64,000 nt of DNA from a virus. Lineage: Duplodnaviria; Caudoviricetes. Both the position numbers and the translations under genes were made by a program. The stretch lies in the IMG/VR virus record IMGVR_UViG_3300006115_000008, positions 32,001-96,000 of that record; one strand, written 5' to 3'. The stretch's first letter is position 1. Every line of letters begins with the position of its first letter. The notes below the pieces were generated by a model that worked only from the letters and a program-made list of their open reading frames with translations, was not told where the DNA came from and did not search any database. Below, one piece after another: positions 16,342-26,642 of this stretch.

Positions 16342-18996
16342 ATGCCACTAGATCCATCAGACGCATCCGTACTAGCACAAGCCGTTGCACAGGGCATGAA
16401 AGCCTACCACGAAGTGGGCGGAGCAGGGGGAACTGGTAAAGGGAAATTTGTTACCGTTGCGGATCTATCGGGCAATGCTGAGCAGTTTAAAAAGGCTCTG
16501 CAAAATCTTACACACAATGTTAAAGATGCAGCAGTAGCTTCAAAATCAGCTTTTAACGATGTGATATCTGCCTTTAAGGGCGGTGCAGTGTCAATGATGG
16601 ACAACTCGCACGAGTTAGACAAACTCAACGAGGCTCTCAAAGAGTCACAAACCAACATGAAGTCAGCGGCTGCTGCTAACGATGCAGCTTCTATAGCACT
16701 AGAACAAAGTCGCCAAACTGAAATCAAGAAAACCAAGGCCGCTATAATTGGTATTCAAGTGGCTCAAAATTTAACCGCGGTCACTGCTGGGGTTATCAAT
16801 GCTTATGTTGATTATCAGTATGCCTTAAAGGGTCTGCAGTTAGACTACGAGGCTGCACTTATTGGCGGTAAGTCGGCAATAGACACTTATACTGACACAG
16901 TCAAGGGTGGCATGGATGCACAGACTCAATTGCGAAGCAGTCTATACCAAGTTGAAGAGGCCGCTGGTGGTGCTGCATTTGCTCTGGGCTTGATGTTACC
17001 TGGATGGGGTAAAATACTGTCTTTACTGGGCTTGGCCTTATCAGCTTGGGCAGCAGTTAATGATCGTGATCAAAAGCAACAAAACGAATTTCAGAAAAAG
17101 AATTTAGAAAACCTACGTGCACAATTAAACAAAACAATTGATTCCTATAAATTAATTACTGATTCGGGCGGAGCTTTAGCTGGCGGCATGACCGAAATGA
17201 CTACTCTTGCTATCAAGTCTGGGTATGGTATTAAATTATTTGGCGAAGGGTTAAAACTAAGCCGAGAGAGCATACAAAAATTGGGCATCAGTTACGATGA
17301 TTCGGTACAGTTGTTGTCTGGATTTGGACAAGCTCTGCATAAAGATTACAAAGCCGGCGGAGATCTTGCCAAGCAATTGGACAAGTTGGGTTATGCCGGC
17401 GAGCACCAAATTGAAATAATGGCCGAAGTATCGGCTAAATTGAAAATGTCCGGAGATGAAAGATACAACAACGACCAATTTGTCGCAGCACAAAGCGTTG
17501 AGTATGCCAAGACATTAAAAGTGATGACTTTAATAACTGGACAAAATGCCAAAGATGCACTCAAGAAGGCACAACAAGAATCGCTAGAAGCTGGCTTATT
17601 TGCTAAATTTGGTGGTATTAAAGGAGCAACAGATAAACTAACTCAACAGATTGCTAGTGCTGAAACTGGCTTAGGCACTCGCATGAAAGAGATGTATGTG
17701 GATTACATGCGTTTAGGGCGACTTCAGGGTTCGTCATCCAATATAATTGCCAACATAATTCCACAGGTTCAAAAAGAATTTGAATTTCAAAAATCACTCT
17801 TGAACGACACTAGTAAAACTGCCGACCAACAACGGGAGTTGTTAGCTGAATCTAACGAGCGTATCAAATTGAGTGTGCGGGATTATGTGGCAGGGCATAA
17901 AACAGAAATTGATGCCTTCGCCCAAGCATCGCAAACTAACAATACCGCTAAAGAAGTAATGGAAACACTTAGTGGTACAATACAACACAGTACCGGTGTG
18001 TACAAAGGCCAAGCAATTGATGCTGAAAAACTAGCTAAAGATTCAGCAACCAACAAAGCCAAATTGGATGATGCAGTTGCTCGAGCACAAGAAAATCAAG
18101 TGCAGGCCTTCGCTGATATGGATAAAAAAATGTCAGGCTCGGTTGAGGATTTTGCCCAAAACATTGCCAACACCAAAGGCGGATTTGATGCGCTAATAAA
18201 ATCTATGGGAGCATTTGGCGATACACTAAATCCAAAGAGTATGTGGCAAAAGTTTGTGGACTATGCTAAAGGTTCTGGCGCAGCTGCTGCACAAAAAATG
18301 CATGACCTAGGTCATGGGCGTACCAATGTCAACTTACAAAATGCCACTGTATCTGGTGGAGGTGGAGCAGCACCGCAGTTTCGCAGAATGACTGAGGGCG
18401 GCGCTGGTGCTGCTGGTGCTGCTGGTGCACCTGGAGGGGCCAGCCCAAGATCGCTATCTGACATTATTTCATTTGGTGGCAATACTGGAGACGAAGCACA
18501 TTTTCGCCAAGCTGATGCTTCGTTACAAGGTGCGTTTGTTGCAATGGCGCAAGAATATTATGAAAAGACAAAGAAAAAACTTCACATCAACAGTGCTTTT
18601 AGAAGTTTGCAAGAACAAACTAATGTAGCATCAACGTCAGGAATGAAGGCCAAACCTGGACATAGTTTACACGAACGTGGCAAGGCATTAGACATTAACA
18701 GTAGCGAAGTTGCTGAATTATCAGCTATGGGCTTGTTAGAACGATACAAGTTTAATACATTAGCCGGAGATCCAATGCATATCCAAATGGCCGACAACGG
18801 TGCTAATTTGGGCGTGGGCGACAGTGCTATTGTTGGTGAGATGGGCCCAGAAATTGTGTCAGGACCGGGATCGGTTACATCCAGATCTCAAACAAGTCAA
18901 GTGTTTGCCGAAATGACTAGAACGCTAAAAGAGATCAGCAATACTCTCAAAAATAGCAACACTGTGGCACGCAAAACTTTAAATGCAGTAGCGTAA
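16342..18996 (+). CDS. Tape-measure-like protein with C-terminal peptidase M15 (cell-wall hydrolase) domain
   Basis: 884 aa, Ala/Gln/Lys-rich helical body with one hydrophobic segment; 'SAFRS..EQ...PGHSLHERGKALDI...DPMHIQ' matches M15 SxHxxGxAxD...H. Confidence 0.7.
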   Translation: MPLDPSDASVLAQAVAQGMKAYHEVGGAGGTGKGKFVTVADLSGNAEQFKKALQNLTHNVKDAAVASKSAFNDVISAFKGGAVSMMDNSHELDKLNEALKESQTNMKSAAAANDAASIALEQSRQTEIKKTKAAIIGIQVAQNLTAVTAGVINAYVDYQYALKGLQLDYEAALIGGKSAIDTYTDTVKGGMDAQTQLRSSLYQVEEAAGGAAFALGLMLPGWGKILSLLGLALSAWAAVNDRDQKQQNEFQKKNLENLRAQLNKTIDSYKLITDSGGALAGGMTEMTTLAIKSGYGIKLFGEGLKLSRESIQKLGISYDDSVQLLSGFGQALHKDYKAGGDLAKQLDKLGYAGEHQIEIMAEVSAKLKMSGDERYNNDQFVAAQSVEYAKTLKVMTLITGQNAKDALKKAQQESLEAGLFAKFGGIKGATDKLTQQIASAETGLGTRMKEMYVDYMRLGRLQGSSSNIIANIIPQVQKEFEFQKSLLNDTSKTADQQRELLAESNERIKLSVRDYVAGHKTEIDAFAQASQTNNTAKEVMETLSGTIQHSTGVYKGQAIDAEKLAKDSATNKAKLDDAVARAQENQVQAFADMDKKMSGSVEDFAQNIANTKGGFDALIKSMGAFGDTLNPKSMWQKFVDYAKGSGAAAAQKMHDLGHGRTNVNLQNATVSGGGGAAPQFRRMTEGGAGAAGAAGAPGGASPRSLSDIISFGGNTGDEAHFRQADASLQGAFVAMAQEYYEKTKKKLHINSAFRSLQEQTNVASTSGMKAKPGHSLHERGKALDINSSEVAELSAMGLLERYKFNTLAGDPMHIQMADNGANLGVGDSAIVGEMGPEIVSGPGSVTSRSQTSQVFAEMTRTLKEISNTLKNSNTVARKTLNAVA

Positions 18997-19001
18997 TCTG
19001 C

Positions 19002-19009
19002 TATAAATA
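19002..19009 (+). promoter_or_regulatory. T4-type late promoter TATAAATA
   Basis: Perfect T4 late consensus upstream of the portal gene. Confidence 0.7.
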
Positions 19010-19032
19010 TACTACTACGAGAGAATATAATT

Positions 19033-20742
19033 ATGGCCGGATGGAAAAAGTATTTTAAAACCAGTAACTTACCAAGCAATGTAAGTCCTTTGGGCGGTGG
19101 ACGCCCTGCGGATCCAGGTATGCGTAACTATCAAAGTCAGTTACCTGAAGTTTATATTGGGCATCCAAATCGTGTTGAACGTTATAATCAATACGAACAA
19201 ATGGATATGGACAGTGAGGTTAACGCTGCTTTAGATATTTTAGCTGAGTTTATGACTCAAAAGAATCAAGAAAACCACACTAGCTTTACAATTAAATTCA
19301 AAGAAACTCCTAGTGACAATGAAGTAAAGATTCTCAAAGAGCAACTACAACAATGGGTTGCCTTAAACGAGTTTAACAAGCGTACATTCAAAATTGTGCG
19401 TAACACCATCAAATACGGAGACCAAGTGTTTATCCGTGATCCCGAAACATTTAAACTAATGTGGACGGAAATGAGCAAGGTTACTAAAGTTATTGTTAAC
19501 GAAGGCGACGGCAAAAAGCCCGAGCAGTACATGATCAAAGACTTAAATCCTAACTTTCAAAACTTAACAATGACTGCGGTAGCTACTACAGATACCTATA
19601 TGAATCATCCACAAACAGGTGGGCCCAGCGGTGCTTATGTACAACCACAAACACCATTTGGCGGCGGCTCAAGATTTAGTCATGCTAAAAACGAAGCAGC
19701 AATTGCTGCTGAACACATAGTTCATATTAGTTTAACCGAAGGCTTGGATGTGTTTTGGCCGTTTGGTAATAGCGTATTAGAAAACATTTTCAAAGTGTTC
19801 AAGCAAAAAGAACTGCTGGAAGACTCGATTATTATCTATCGTATACAACGTGCCCCAGAACGTAGAGTATTTAAAATTGACGTAGGTAACATGCCCAGTC
19901 ATATGGCCATGGCATTTGTGGATCGTATCAAGAATGAGATACACCAACGTAGAATTCCAACTCAAAGCGGTACTGGCAGTAACGCAAACATGATGGATGC
20001 TACATACAATCCACTAAGTCAAAACGAAGACTATTTCTTCCCGGTAACTGCTGATGGTAGAGGAAGCTCTGTTGAAGTATTCCCGGGCGGTACCAACTTG
20101 GGCGAGATCACAGACTTGCGCTTCTTTACTAATAAACTATTCCGTGGTTTGCGTATTCCCTCAAGCTATTTGCCAACTACCGCTGATGACGGAAGTCAAG
20201 CGTATACTGATGGTAGAGTAGGTACTGCACTGATACAGGAATGGCGCTTTAATCAGTATTGCCAACGTTTGCAGGCTATGATTTGTGAGTCATTAGACAG
20301 AGAATTCAAACTGTTTATGCGTTGGAGAGGCTTTAATATTGACGGAAGTTTATTTGATTTATCATTTAATGAACCACAAAACTTTGCACAATACCGCCAA
20401 GCAGACATTGATACTGCACGTATTGCTACGTTTACACAACTAGAACAGTATCCTTATCTTTCTAAACGTTTCTTAATGAAACGTTATTTGGGCATGACTG
20501 AACAAGAGATCAGTGAGAACGAGACCGCTTGGGCCGAAGAAAGAGGCGACGTTGAAGCAGCACCTGCTGAAGCTGCTGGCTTAAGAGGAGTTGGCGTAAG
20601 CCCAGGTGGTATTCAAAGTGATTTGGATAACCTAGGTGGCGAAGGCGGAGCAATAGATGGCGGAACTCCAGGAGAGGCCGGAGAAGCTGGCCCAGGTGCT
20701 GGAGCTGGTGTAAACGCTGGCGCAGCAAGTGCTGGTCTTTAA
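19033..20742 (+). CDS. gp20: Portal vertex protein
   Basis: 'LLEDSIIIYRIQRAPERRVFKIDVGNMP', 'EDYFFP...GRGSSVEVFPGGTNLGEITDLRFF..KLFRGLRIPSS'. Confidence 0.95.
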   Translation: MAGWKKYFKTSNLPSNVSPLGGGRPADPGMRNYQSQLPEVYIGHPNRVERYNQYEQMDMDSEVNAALDILAEFMTQKNQENHTSFTIKFKETPSDNEVKILKEQLQQWVALNEFNKRTFKIVRNTIKYGDQVFIRDPETFKLMWTEMSKVTKVIVNEGDGKKPEQYMIKDLNPNFQNLTMTAVATTDTYMNHPQTGGPSGAYVQPQTPFGGGSRFSHAKNEAAIAAEHIVHISLTEGLDVFWPFGNSVLENIFKVFKQKELLEDSIIIYRIQRAPERRVFKIDVGNMPSHMAMAFVDRIKNEIHQRRIPTQSGTGSNANMMDATYNPLSQNEDYFFPVTADGRGSSVEVFPGGTNLGEITDLRFFTNKLFRGLRIPSSYLPTTADDGSQAYTDGRVGTALIQEWRFNQYCQRLQAMICESLDREFKLFMRWRGFNIDGSLFDLSFNEPQNFAQYRQADIDTARIATFTQLEQYPYLSKRFLMKRYLGMTEQEISENETAWAEERGDVEAAPAEAAGLRGVGVSPGGIQSDLDNLGGEGGAIDGGTPGEAGEAGPGAGAGVNAGAASAGL

Positions 20743-20763
20743 ACAAATTGGTTAAATACAAAT

Positions 20764-21006
20764 ATGAATATCACTGATTTATTTGAAGACTTTGACAAAG
20801 CGCCCGAGGGCTATTACTCTGAAAAAGACGATAAGAGCACTCTCAAAATGAACGACAGTCGAGTAACTCGTGTGACATTTGACCACCTACATAGACTTAG
20901 ACTAAGTCATGACGTTAAAAAACTTGAGCACGAAAAGAAACTCAAGCAAACAGCAAAACAGTACGCAGTAGCCCCAGAAGGCGGCGCTGGCATGCCTGGC
21001 CTATAG
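20764..21006 (+). CDS. Small hypothetical protein, probably prohead-related
   Basis: 80 aa between portal and core genes; TAAATA 5 nt upstream. Confidence 0.55.
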   Translation: MNITDLFEDFDKAPEGYYSEKDDKSTLKMNDSRVTRVTFDHLHRLRLSHDVKKLEHEKKLKQTAKQYAVAPEGGAGMPGL

Positions 21007-21104
21007 TTATACAACTAAAATTCGCCAAAAAAACCCCATTTAACCCCGAAATCTGCGTAGTTAAGTAAATAACTACACAAAGCCACTTTATTAAAGGAAT
21101 TTTT

Positions 21105-22238
21105 ATGAACAAGTTTGAAAAACTAATTGAATATATCATCAATGATGAAGACGACAAAGCACGTCAACTTTTCCACACAATCGTTGTAGAAAAGTCACGT
21201 GACATTTACGAAAACATCATGGCTGAAGAAATGGAAGAAGAAGGCGTTGCTGGCGACAAAACTGGCGGCCTTGCAAAAGAATTAAAAGCAGTTGATACTG
21301 AAGAAGCAGTACACGAAACTGATGAAGAAGGTGAAGGCGATGACGGCGAAGGCGATGACGGCGAAGGCGATGACGGCGAAGGTGACACTAAGTTTAATCT
21401 AGACAGTGAAGACGATGACGGCAACCTAAGCGGTGAAGTTGATCCTGAAGCTGGCGAGCATAACGAGATCGAACAACAAGTTATGAGTGCAAACGACAAG
21501 CTAGACGAGCTACTAGCAAAATTTGATCAAATCGTTGGCGGACAAGAAGGCGGAATGGAAGAGCCAGGAATGGAAGAGCCAGGAATGGAAGGGCCAGGAA
21601 TGGAAGAGCCAGGAATGGAAGAGCCAGTGGACGAAATGTTCATGGAAGAAGAGTCTGCTGAAAAGAAAAACGAAAAGAAAATGACTAAAGCTGAAAAAGA
21701 AGAAGCCGGAAAACCAAACATGAAAAACACCGGCAAAAAAGATGGTGGTAAGCCATTTGAATCACGCCAACGTTCAGTAAGCGAACTAATGCGTGAGTAT
21801 GTTGAGAAGATTGAAGATATCAACTTAACACCTGGTACATATAGCGAAGGTGACCCTGTTGGAGCTGGTACAAAGACTGGTAAAGTTAAAGTTAATACAA
21901 CTTATACTGGTTTGGAACAAGGTCCAGACTTTGGTGGTACAAGCGAGAACATTGTTTCTAAGCGTGGTGCTACAAATGAAAATCCAGATAACAAAGCAAT
22001 TCCAAAGCCAAGCAATGAGTACAACAAAGGCGAAGGCAATTTGCCAGGCGCTGGTAAGTTTAAAAATGCTCCAGGCAACAAGAAAGTTTGGGACGGCGGA
22101 TCTGACAAAGGCTATGGCGCTGAGAAGAAATCGGGTTCAGAAGGTACTAACGCAGGTTCCAAAAACACAATTGGTACTAACGTGAACAAGAAGTCTGAAC
22201 TAGGCCAAGCTGGTCAGCCAACTGGCAAGAAGAAATAA
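21105..22238 (+). CDS. Acidic prohead core/scaffold-like protein
   Basis: Very Glu/Asp-rich; sits between portal and protease like T4 gp67/68; contains internal repeats. Confidence 0.6.
   Translation: MNKFEKLIEYIINDEDDKARQLFHTIVVEKSRDIYENIMAEEMEEEGVAGDKTGGLAKELKAVDTEEAVHETDEEGEGDDGEGDDGEGDDGEGDTKFNLDSEDDDGNLSGEVDPEAGEHNEIEQQVMSANDKLDELLAKFDQIVGGQEGGMEEPGMEEPGMEGPGMEEPGMEEPVDEMFMEEESAEKKNEKKMTKAEKEEAGKPNMKNTGKKDGGKPFESRQRSVSELMREYVEKIEDINLTPGTYSEGDPVGAGTKTGKVKVNTTYTGLEQGPDFGGTSENIVSKRGATNENPDNKAIPKPSNEYNKGEGNLPGAGKFKNAPGNKKVWDGGSDKGYGAEKKSGSEGTNAGSKNTIGTNVNKKSELGQAGQPTGKKK
21333..21377 (+). repeat. 15-bp tandem repeat x3 (EGDDG)
   Basis: GAAGGCGATGACGGC three times. Confidence 0.9.
21552..21626 (+). 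repeat. 15-bp tandem repeat x5 (GMEEP)
   Basis: GGAATGGAAGAGCCA five times, one copy with a single substitution. Confidence 0.9.
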
Positions 22239-22256
22239 TAGGATAGGCACAATAAA

Positions 22257-22895
22257 ATGGCTTTGTACCTACGTGAGAACTTAACTTTTGACCGCGCTGG
22301 AATCAAGATTATTCTTGAAGAAGGAAAAGACGGAAAAGGAAAAGATCTCTATATGGAAGGGATATTCGTTGAAGGAGGCGTGAAAAACGCTAATCAACGA
22401 GTATACCCAGTCCACGAAATACAAAAAGCTGTGGAAACTATCAATGGTCAAATCAAAGAAGGATATAGCGTCCTAGGAGAAGTAGACCATCCAGACGATT
22501 TAAAGATTAACCTAGACCGTGTAAGTCACATGATTGAAAAAATGTGGATGGATGGTCCTGCAGGTTTCGGAAAATTAAAAGTATTACCAACACCAATGGG
22601 CAAACTAGTTGAAGCTATGATTACATCAGGCGTAAAGCTAGGAGTAAGCTCACGTGGATCTGGTAATGTTAACGAAGGAACGGGACACGTTAGTGATTTT
22701 GAAATCATTACTGTGGATATTGTGGCACAACCCAGTGCCCCACATGCTTATCCAAAAGCGATTTACGAGTCGTTAATGAATATGCGTGGTGGTAGTAAAG
22801 TATTTGAACTAGCAAGTGAAGCTAGTCAAGATCGAAAAGTACAAAAGTACCTGAAGGAATCTCTAACAGGATTCATCAAAGAACTTAAAATATAG
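22257..22895 (+). CDS. gp21: Prohead core protease
   Basis: 'EGIF...KNANQRVYP', 'LGEVDHP', 'LGVSSRGSG', 'DIVAQPSAPHAY'. Confidence 0.93.
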   Translation: MALYLRENLTFDRAGIKIILEEGKDGKGKDLYMEGIFVEGGVKNANQRVYPVHEIQKAVETINGQIKEGYSVLGEVDHPDDLKINLDRVSHMIEKMWMDGPAGFGKLKVLPTPMGKLVEAMITSGVKLGVSSRGSGNVNEGTGHVSDFEIITVDIVAQPSAPHAYPKAIYESLMNMRGGSKVFELASEASQDRKVQKYLKESLTGFIKELKI

Positions 22896-22908
22896 GAGAT
22901 ATATCCAG

Positions 22909-24024
22909 ATGTTAGATGCTATCAAACCATTGTTGGATAACGGAATTATTAACGAAGACACACGTACTGCTATTGCTGAAGCCTGGGAAGCCAGAATCAC
23001 TGAAGCAAAAGAACAGGCTCGTGCTGAACTACGTGAGGAATTCGCACAACGTTATGCACATGACAAATCAGTTATGGTTGAAGCTCTTGACAAAATGGTT
23101 ACAGAAAGCCTAACTGCCGAACTACAAGAGTTCGCAGAAGAAAAACAAAAACTAGCCGAAGACCGTGTTAAGTTTAAAACACACATGGTTGAAAGTGCAG
23201 GCAAGTTCAACAATTTCCTAACTGCTAAACTAGCAGAAGAAATCAGTGAACTACGCAACGATCGTAAAATGTATGAAGCTGCCATTGGCAAACTTGAGGC
23301 ATTTACAATTCGTGCACTAGCAGAAGAAATCAAAGAATTTGAAGCAGACAAGAGAGCAGTAGTGGAAACTAAAGTTCGTCTAGTTCGCGAAGGTAAAGCT
23401 AAACTAGCTGAACTACAAAGCAAGTTCGTTGCACAATCTGCACAAGCAGTCCAAGAGGCCGTAACCAGTTCGTTAGAGTCAGAATTGACTCAACTAAAAG
23501 AAGACATTACCGTGGCACGTGAAAACATGTTCGGTCGTCGTTTATTCGAAGCGTTTGCTAGCGAGTTTGCTGGTACTCATTTAAATGAGAACAAAGAAAT
23601 TCGTAAGCTACAAGGTACAGTAAATGTACTAAGTAACAAGTTGCAAGAAGCAGTTTCTGCAATTCAAAGCAAAAATGCACTAGTTGAATCAAAAGAACGT
23701 GAAGTTCGTATTATCAAGGAATCAGTAGACCGTAAGCAAAAACTTGCAGAATTACTGAAGCCATTGAATAAAGAAAAGTCTGCAATTATGCAAGACCTTC
23801 TTGAGAGTGTACAGACTGAGAAATTACAGTCTGCATACGAAAAGTATCTTCCAGCAGTACTAAACAACAGTTCAGTTAAGACACCAGCTCCACAAGCTAA
23901 AGTATTAACAGAATCACGTGTAGTAGCTACCGGAGATAAAACTGCTAAAGCTGCCGTTAAAGTTGAAAGTACAGAGTCGCAAGACAACGTATTTGAGATC
24001 AAACGTTTAGCAGGGCTTAATTAA
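22909..24024 (+). CDS. gp22: Prohead scaffolding protein
   Basis: Long Glu/Lys/Ala coiled coil between protease and major capsid genes. Confidence 0.8.
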   Translation: MLDAIKPLLDNGIINEDTRTAIAEAWEARITEAKEQARAELREEFAQRYAHDKSVMVEALDKMVTESLTAELQEFAEEKQKLAEDRVKFKTHMVESAGKFNNFLTAKLAEEISELRNDRKMYEAAIGKLEAFTIRALAEEIKEFEADKRAVVETKVRLVREGKAKLAELQSKFVAQSAQAVQEAVTSSLESELTQLKEDITVARENMFGRRLFEAFASEFAGTHLNENKEIRKLQGTVNVLSNKLQEAVSAIQSKNALVESKEREVRIIKESVDRKQKLAELLKPLNKEKSAIMQDLLESVQTEKLQSAYEKYLPAVLNNSSVKTPAPQAKVLTESRVVATGDKTAKAAVKVESTESQDNVFEIKRLAGLN

Positions 24025-24050
24025 AACCCTAAAAGGAAAAAGGAAAAATC

Positions 24051-25229
24051 ATGTCACAAGTATTATTAGAAAGCCGTTGGGGCGAAACAAAAGAAGCCCT
24101 GTTAGAAGGCTTACACGGTTCTAAAAGAACAAGCATGGGCGTTATTCTTGAGAATACACGCAAGATGCTAGCTGAAAATGCAACAGCTGGTTCAACACAA
24201 GCAGGTAACGTAGCAACACTTAACCGTGTTATTCTACCAGTTATCCGTCGTGTTATGCCTACAGTTATTGCTAACGAGATCATTGGTGTTCAACCAATGA
24301 CAGGTCCAGTTGCTCAGATTCATACACTACGTGTACGTTACGCTGACAACTTTACAGATGGTTCACCATATGCAACATCAGCTAACGCTGGTGATGAAGC
24401 ATTATCACCATTCAAGATTGCAGTTGCTTACTCTGGTTCTAATACAACTGGTCAAGCTACTTCTACTGCATCTCTAGAAGGTATTGCTGGTAACAGAATC
24501 AACGTTCAAATCTTGAAACAAGTTGTTGAAGCTAAAACACGTAAATTGTCTGCTCGTTGGACATTTGAAGCTGCGCAAGATGCACAATCTATGCACGGTT
24601 TAGACGTAGAAGCTGAAATCATGGCAGCATTGGCTCAAGAGATCACAGTTGAAATCGACCAAGAAATTCTAGGTTCACTACGTGCCCTAGCCGCTACTGA
24701 TTACACATTTGATCAGTCAGCAGTTTCTGGTACTGCAACATTCGTTGGTGACGAGCACGCTGCTTTAGCGGTTCTAATCAACAGAACAGCAAACTTGATT
24801 GCACAACGTACACGTCGTGGCGCTGGTAACTGGTGTGTTGTAAGTCCTGCTTCATTGACAGTACTACAATCTGCTACTACTTCTGCTTTTGCACGTACTA
24901 CAGAAGGTACATTCGAAGCTCCTACAAACACTAAGTTTGTTGGTACATTGAATGGTGCAATGAAGGTTTATGTTGACGGTTATGCAAACGACGGCCAAGC
25001 AGTATTGGTTGGATATAAAGGTTCTAGCGAGGCTGATGCAGCTGCGTTCTATTGCCCATATATTCCATTAATGAGTTCTGGTGTTGTTCTAGATCCATCA
25101 ACATTCGAACCAGTAGTTAGCTTTATGACACGTTACGGATATGTTGAATTGACAAACACTTCATCATCTCTAGGTAACGCAGGCGACTACGTTGGTGAGA
25201 TTGCTGTTGCAAACTTAACATTCCAATAA
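24051..25229 (+). CDS. gp23: Major capsid protein
   Basis: 'IIGVQPMTGPVAQIHTLR', 'VEAKTRKLSARWTFEAAQDAQSMHGLDVEAE', 'FYCPYIPL', 'FMTRYG'. Confidence 0.96.
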   Translation: MSQVLLESRWGETKEALLEGLHGSKRTSMGVILENTRKMLAENATAGSTQAGNVATLNRVILPVIRRVMPTVIANEIIGVQPMTGPVAQIHTLRVRYADNFTDGSPYATSANAGDEALSPFKIAVAYSGSNTTGQATSTASLEGIAGNRINVQILKQVVEAKTRKLSARWTFEAAQDAQSMHGLDVEAEIMAALAQEITVEIDQEILGSLRALAATDYTFDQSAVSGTATFVGDEHAALAVLINRTANLIAQRTRRGAGNWCVVSPASLTVLQSATTSAFARTTEGTFEAPTNTKFVGTLNGAMKVYVDGYANDGQAVLVGYKGSSEADAAAFYCPYIPLMSSGVVLDPSTFEPVVSFMTRYGYVELTNTSSSLGNAGDYVGEIAVANLTFQ

Positions 25230-25256
25230 TCAAGCAATACTTGATATAGGAAATTC

Positions 25257-25282
25257 AAAAAAGCACTTTCGGGTGCTTTTTT
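25257..25282 (+). terminator. Rho-independent terminator after gp23
   Basis: AAAAAAGCAC-TTTCGG-GTGCTTTTTT. Confidence 0.8.
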
Positions 25283-25302
25283 GTTGGCGGTGGTATCAGC
25301 GA

Positions 25303-25310
25303 TATAAATA
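25303..25310 (+). promoter_or_regulatory. T4-type late promoter TATAAATA
   Basis: Perfect consensus upstream of the 75-aa gene. Confidence 0.65.
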
Positions 25311-25370
25311 TTATTGTGACAACAGTCACAAGCTCGTGTTTAACACACATACACACAAAGGAGAAAAACT

Positions 25371-25598
25371 ATGAGCAAAACACCATTTGAAATTCGTCTT
25401 GAACTTTTAAAACTCGCAAAAGATTCTTTATTTGAACCCGTTTACCACAAACGTGATGCACTTAAAGATGAATTCTTTAGTAAACAGACAGATGAAAATA
25501 AAGGTACGATACCTTTTCCAACTTTACCTGGCTTTCCGAGTACAGATGATATTATTGTAGAAGCTGAAAAACTTAACAAGTTTATAAGCCAACAATAA
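25371..25598 (+). CDS. Small hypothetical phage protein
   Basis: 75 aa 'MSKTPFEIRLELLKLAKD...AEKLNKFIS'; strong SD AAGGAG, own promoter and terminator. Confidence 0.75.
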   Translation: MSKTPFEIRLELLKLAKDSLFEPVYHKRDALKDEFFSKQTDENKGTIPFPTLPGFPSTDDIIVEAEKLNKFISQQ

Positions 25599-25602
25599 TA
25601 GG

Positions 25603-25621
25603 AGCCCCGCAAGGGGCTTTT
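25603..25621 (+). terminator. Rho-independent terminator
   Basis: AGCCCC-GCAA-GGGGCT followed by T tract, between convergent genes. Confidence 0.75.
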
Positions 25622-25622
25622 G

Positions 25623-26582
25623 CTATTGTTTACGACAATACGTTTCTATAAATTCTCGTTCTTGTTGACTCAAATGTACCTCAGTTACAACGCCAAAGTG
25701 TTCATTTTTTACTGGTAAATTTGAGTGCCTACTAGAGTGATCCCATAAAAATTCAGTATTGGAATCTAAGAAAATATTGTTTCCTTCACCAACGGCTAAA
25801 TCAATAATTTTTCTTTGAAATTCGGATTGAGATAAATTTAATAATTCGCTCAATGATGTGGGGAACCAAGTATACGGGTCAACTTGAAATCTATGTGCTT
25901 GATATTTCAAGTCTGGATAATCCACTTTGCCATCTGGTCCATGGTGCCACGGAAGTACTATGGTTGGGATTTTTAAGAGATGTGATAGTTGGCAAACTCC
26001 TCCCTCGTATCCAATTACCGCAGCGCAATGTTGATTTAGTAAATATACTTTTTCTTCAATGGTACCGCTTTGAATAAACATAACCTCATAGCCATAAGAC
26101 ATTAACAAGTCAGCAATTTTACACCATTGTGCTCTTGTATAAAAACGGCAGTAGGGCATTACGTTACTGTTGAGTAATGGTAATTCGTCATCTCTCAAAT
26201 AGATATTATTGGCTATTCCAATATATCTTTTGTCTAGTCTATTTTTATAATCAATATCCCAAGTTCGTCCAAGTACATTAATAGTATCGGAACTAAAATA
26301 TGGACTGATAATTTTGGTCATGTCCGTAAATATGTTTGCTAGATTACTTGAACTATTTTTTCTTTCAATTAATTCTTGGCCAGGGTTATGTTCTAAAGTT
26401 AAGTCAATTGGAAATCTTTGAGACAAACTAAAAATTTTAACCAATTCAAAAATAGTAGTATGCTCATCATTCCACGGTTTGATAATGGTGATTTTTGTTG
26501 GTTGTTTAGAGTCAACTATTAGAGACAAGTGCATTAGTCCCATCCCCAATGATCTATCAGTGTCGAAGATCCACTCAAGCAT
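25623..26582 (-). CDS. Glycosyltransferase family 9-like protein
   Basis: 'AAVIGYEGGVCQLSHLLKIPTIVL' resembles the GT9 (heptosyltransferase) DSGxxHLA...P motif; 'RFYTRAQWCKIADLL'. Confidence 0.55.
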   Translation of the reverse strand: MLEWIFDTDRSLGMGLMHLSLIVDSKQPTKITIIKPWNDEHTTIFELVKIFSLSQRFPIDLTLEHNPGQELIERKNSSSNLANIFTDMTKIISPYFSSDTINVLGRTWDIDYKNRLDKRYIGIANNIYLRDDELPLLNSNVMPYCRFYTRAQWCKIADLLMSYGYEVMFIQSGTIEEKVYLLNQHCAAVIGYEGGVCQLSHLLKIPTIVLPWHHGPDGKVDYPDLKYQAHRFQVDPYTWFPTSLSELLNLSQSEFQRKIIDLAVGEGNNIFLDSNTEFLWDHSSRHSNLPVKNEHFGVVTEVHLSQQEREFIETYCRKQ

Positions 26583-26608
26583 AATTTAAATTCTCAGTCA
26601 TTGAATAT

Positions 26609-26638
26609 TATTTATAGCAGTATTTTTCACAGTAAATA
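26609..26638. promoter_or_regulatory. Back-to-back late promoters for the accessory cluster
   Basis: TATAAATA (-, 26609-26616) and TAAATA (+, 26633-26638). Confidence 0.55.
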
Positions 26639-26642
26639 CAAT

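Noticed and set aside
25314-25365. TTGTGAC/GTCACAA hairpin and CA-rich run as a separate ncRNA or microsatellite
   Set aside because: Short; best explained as the 5' leader of the 75-aa gene.
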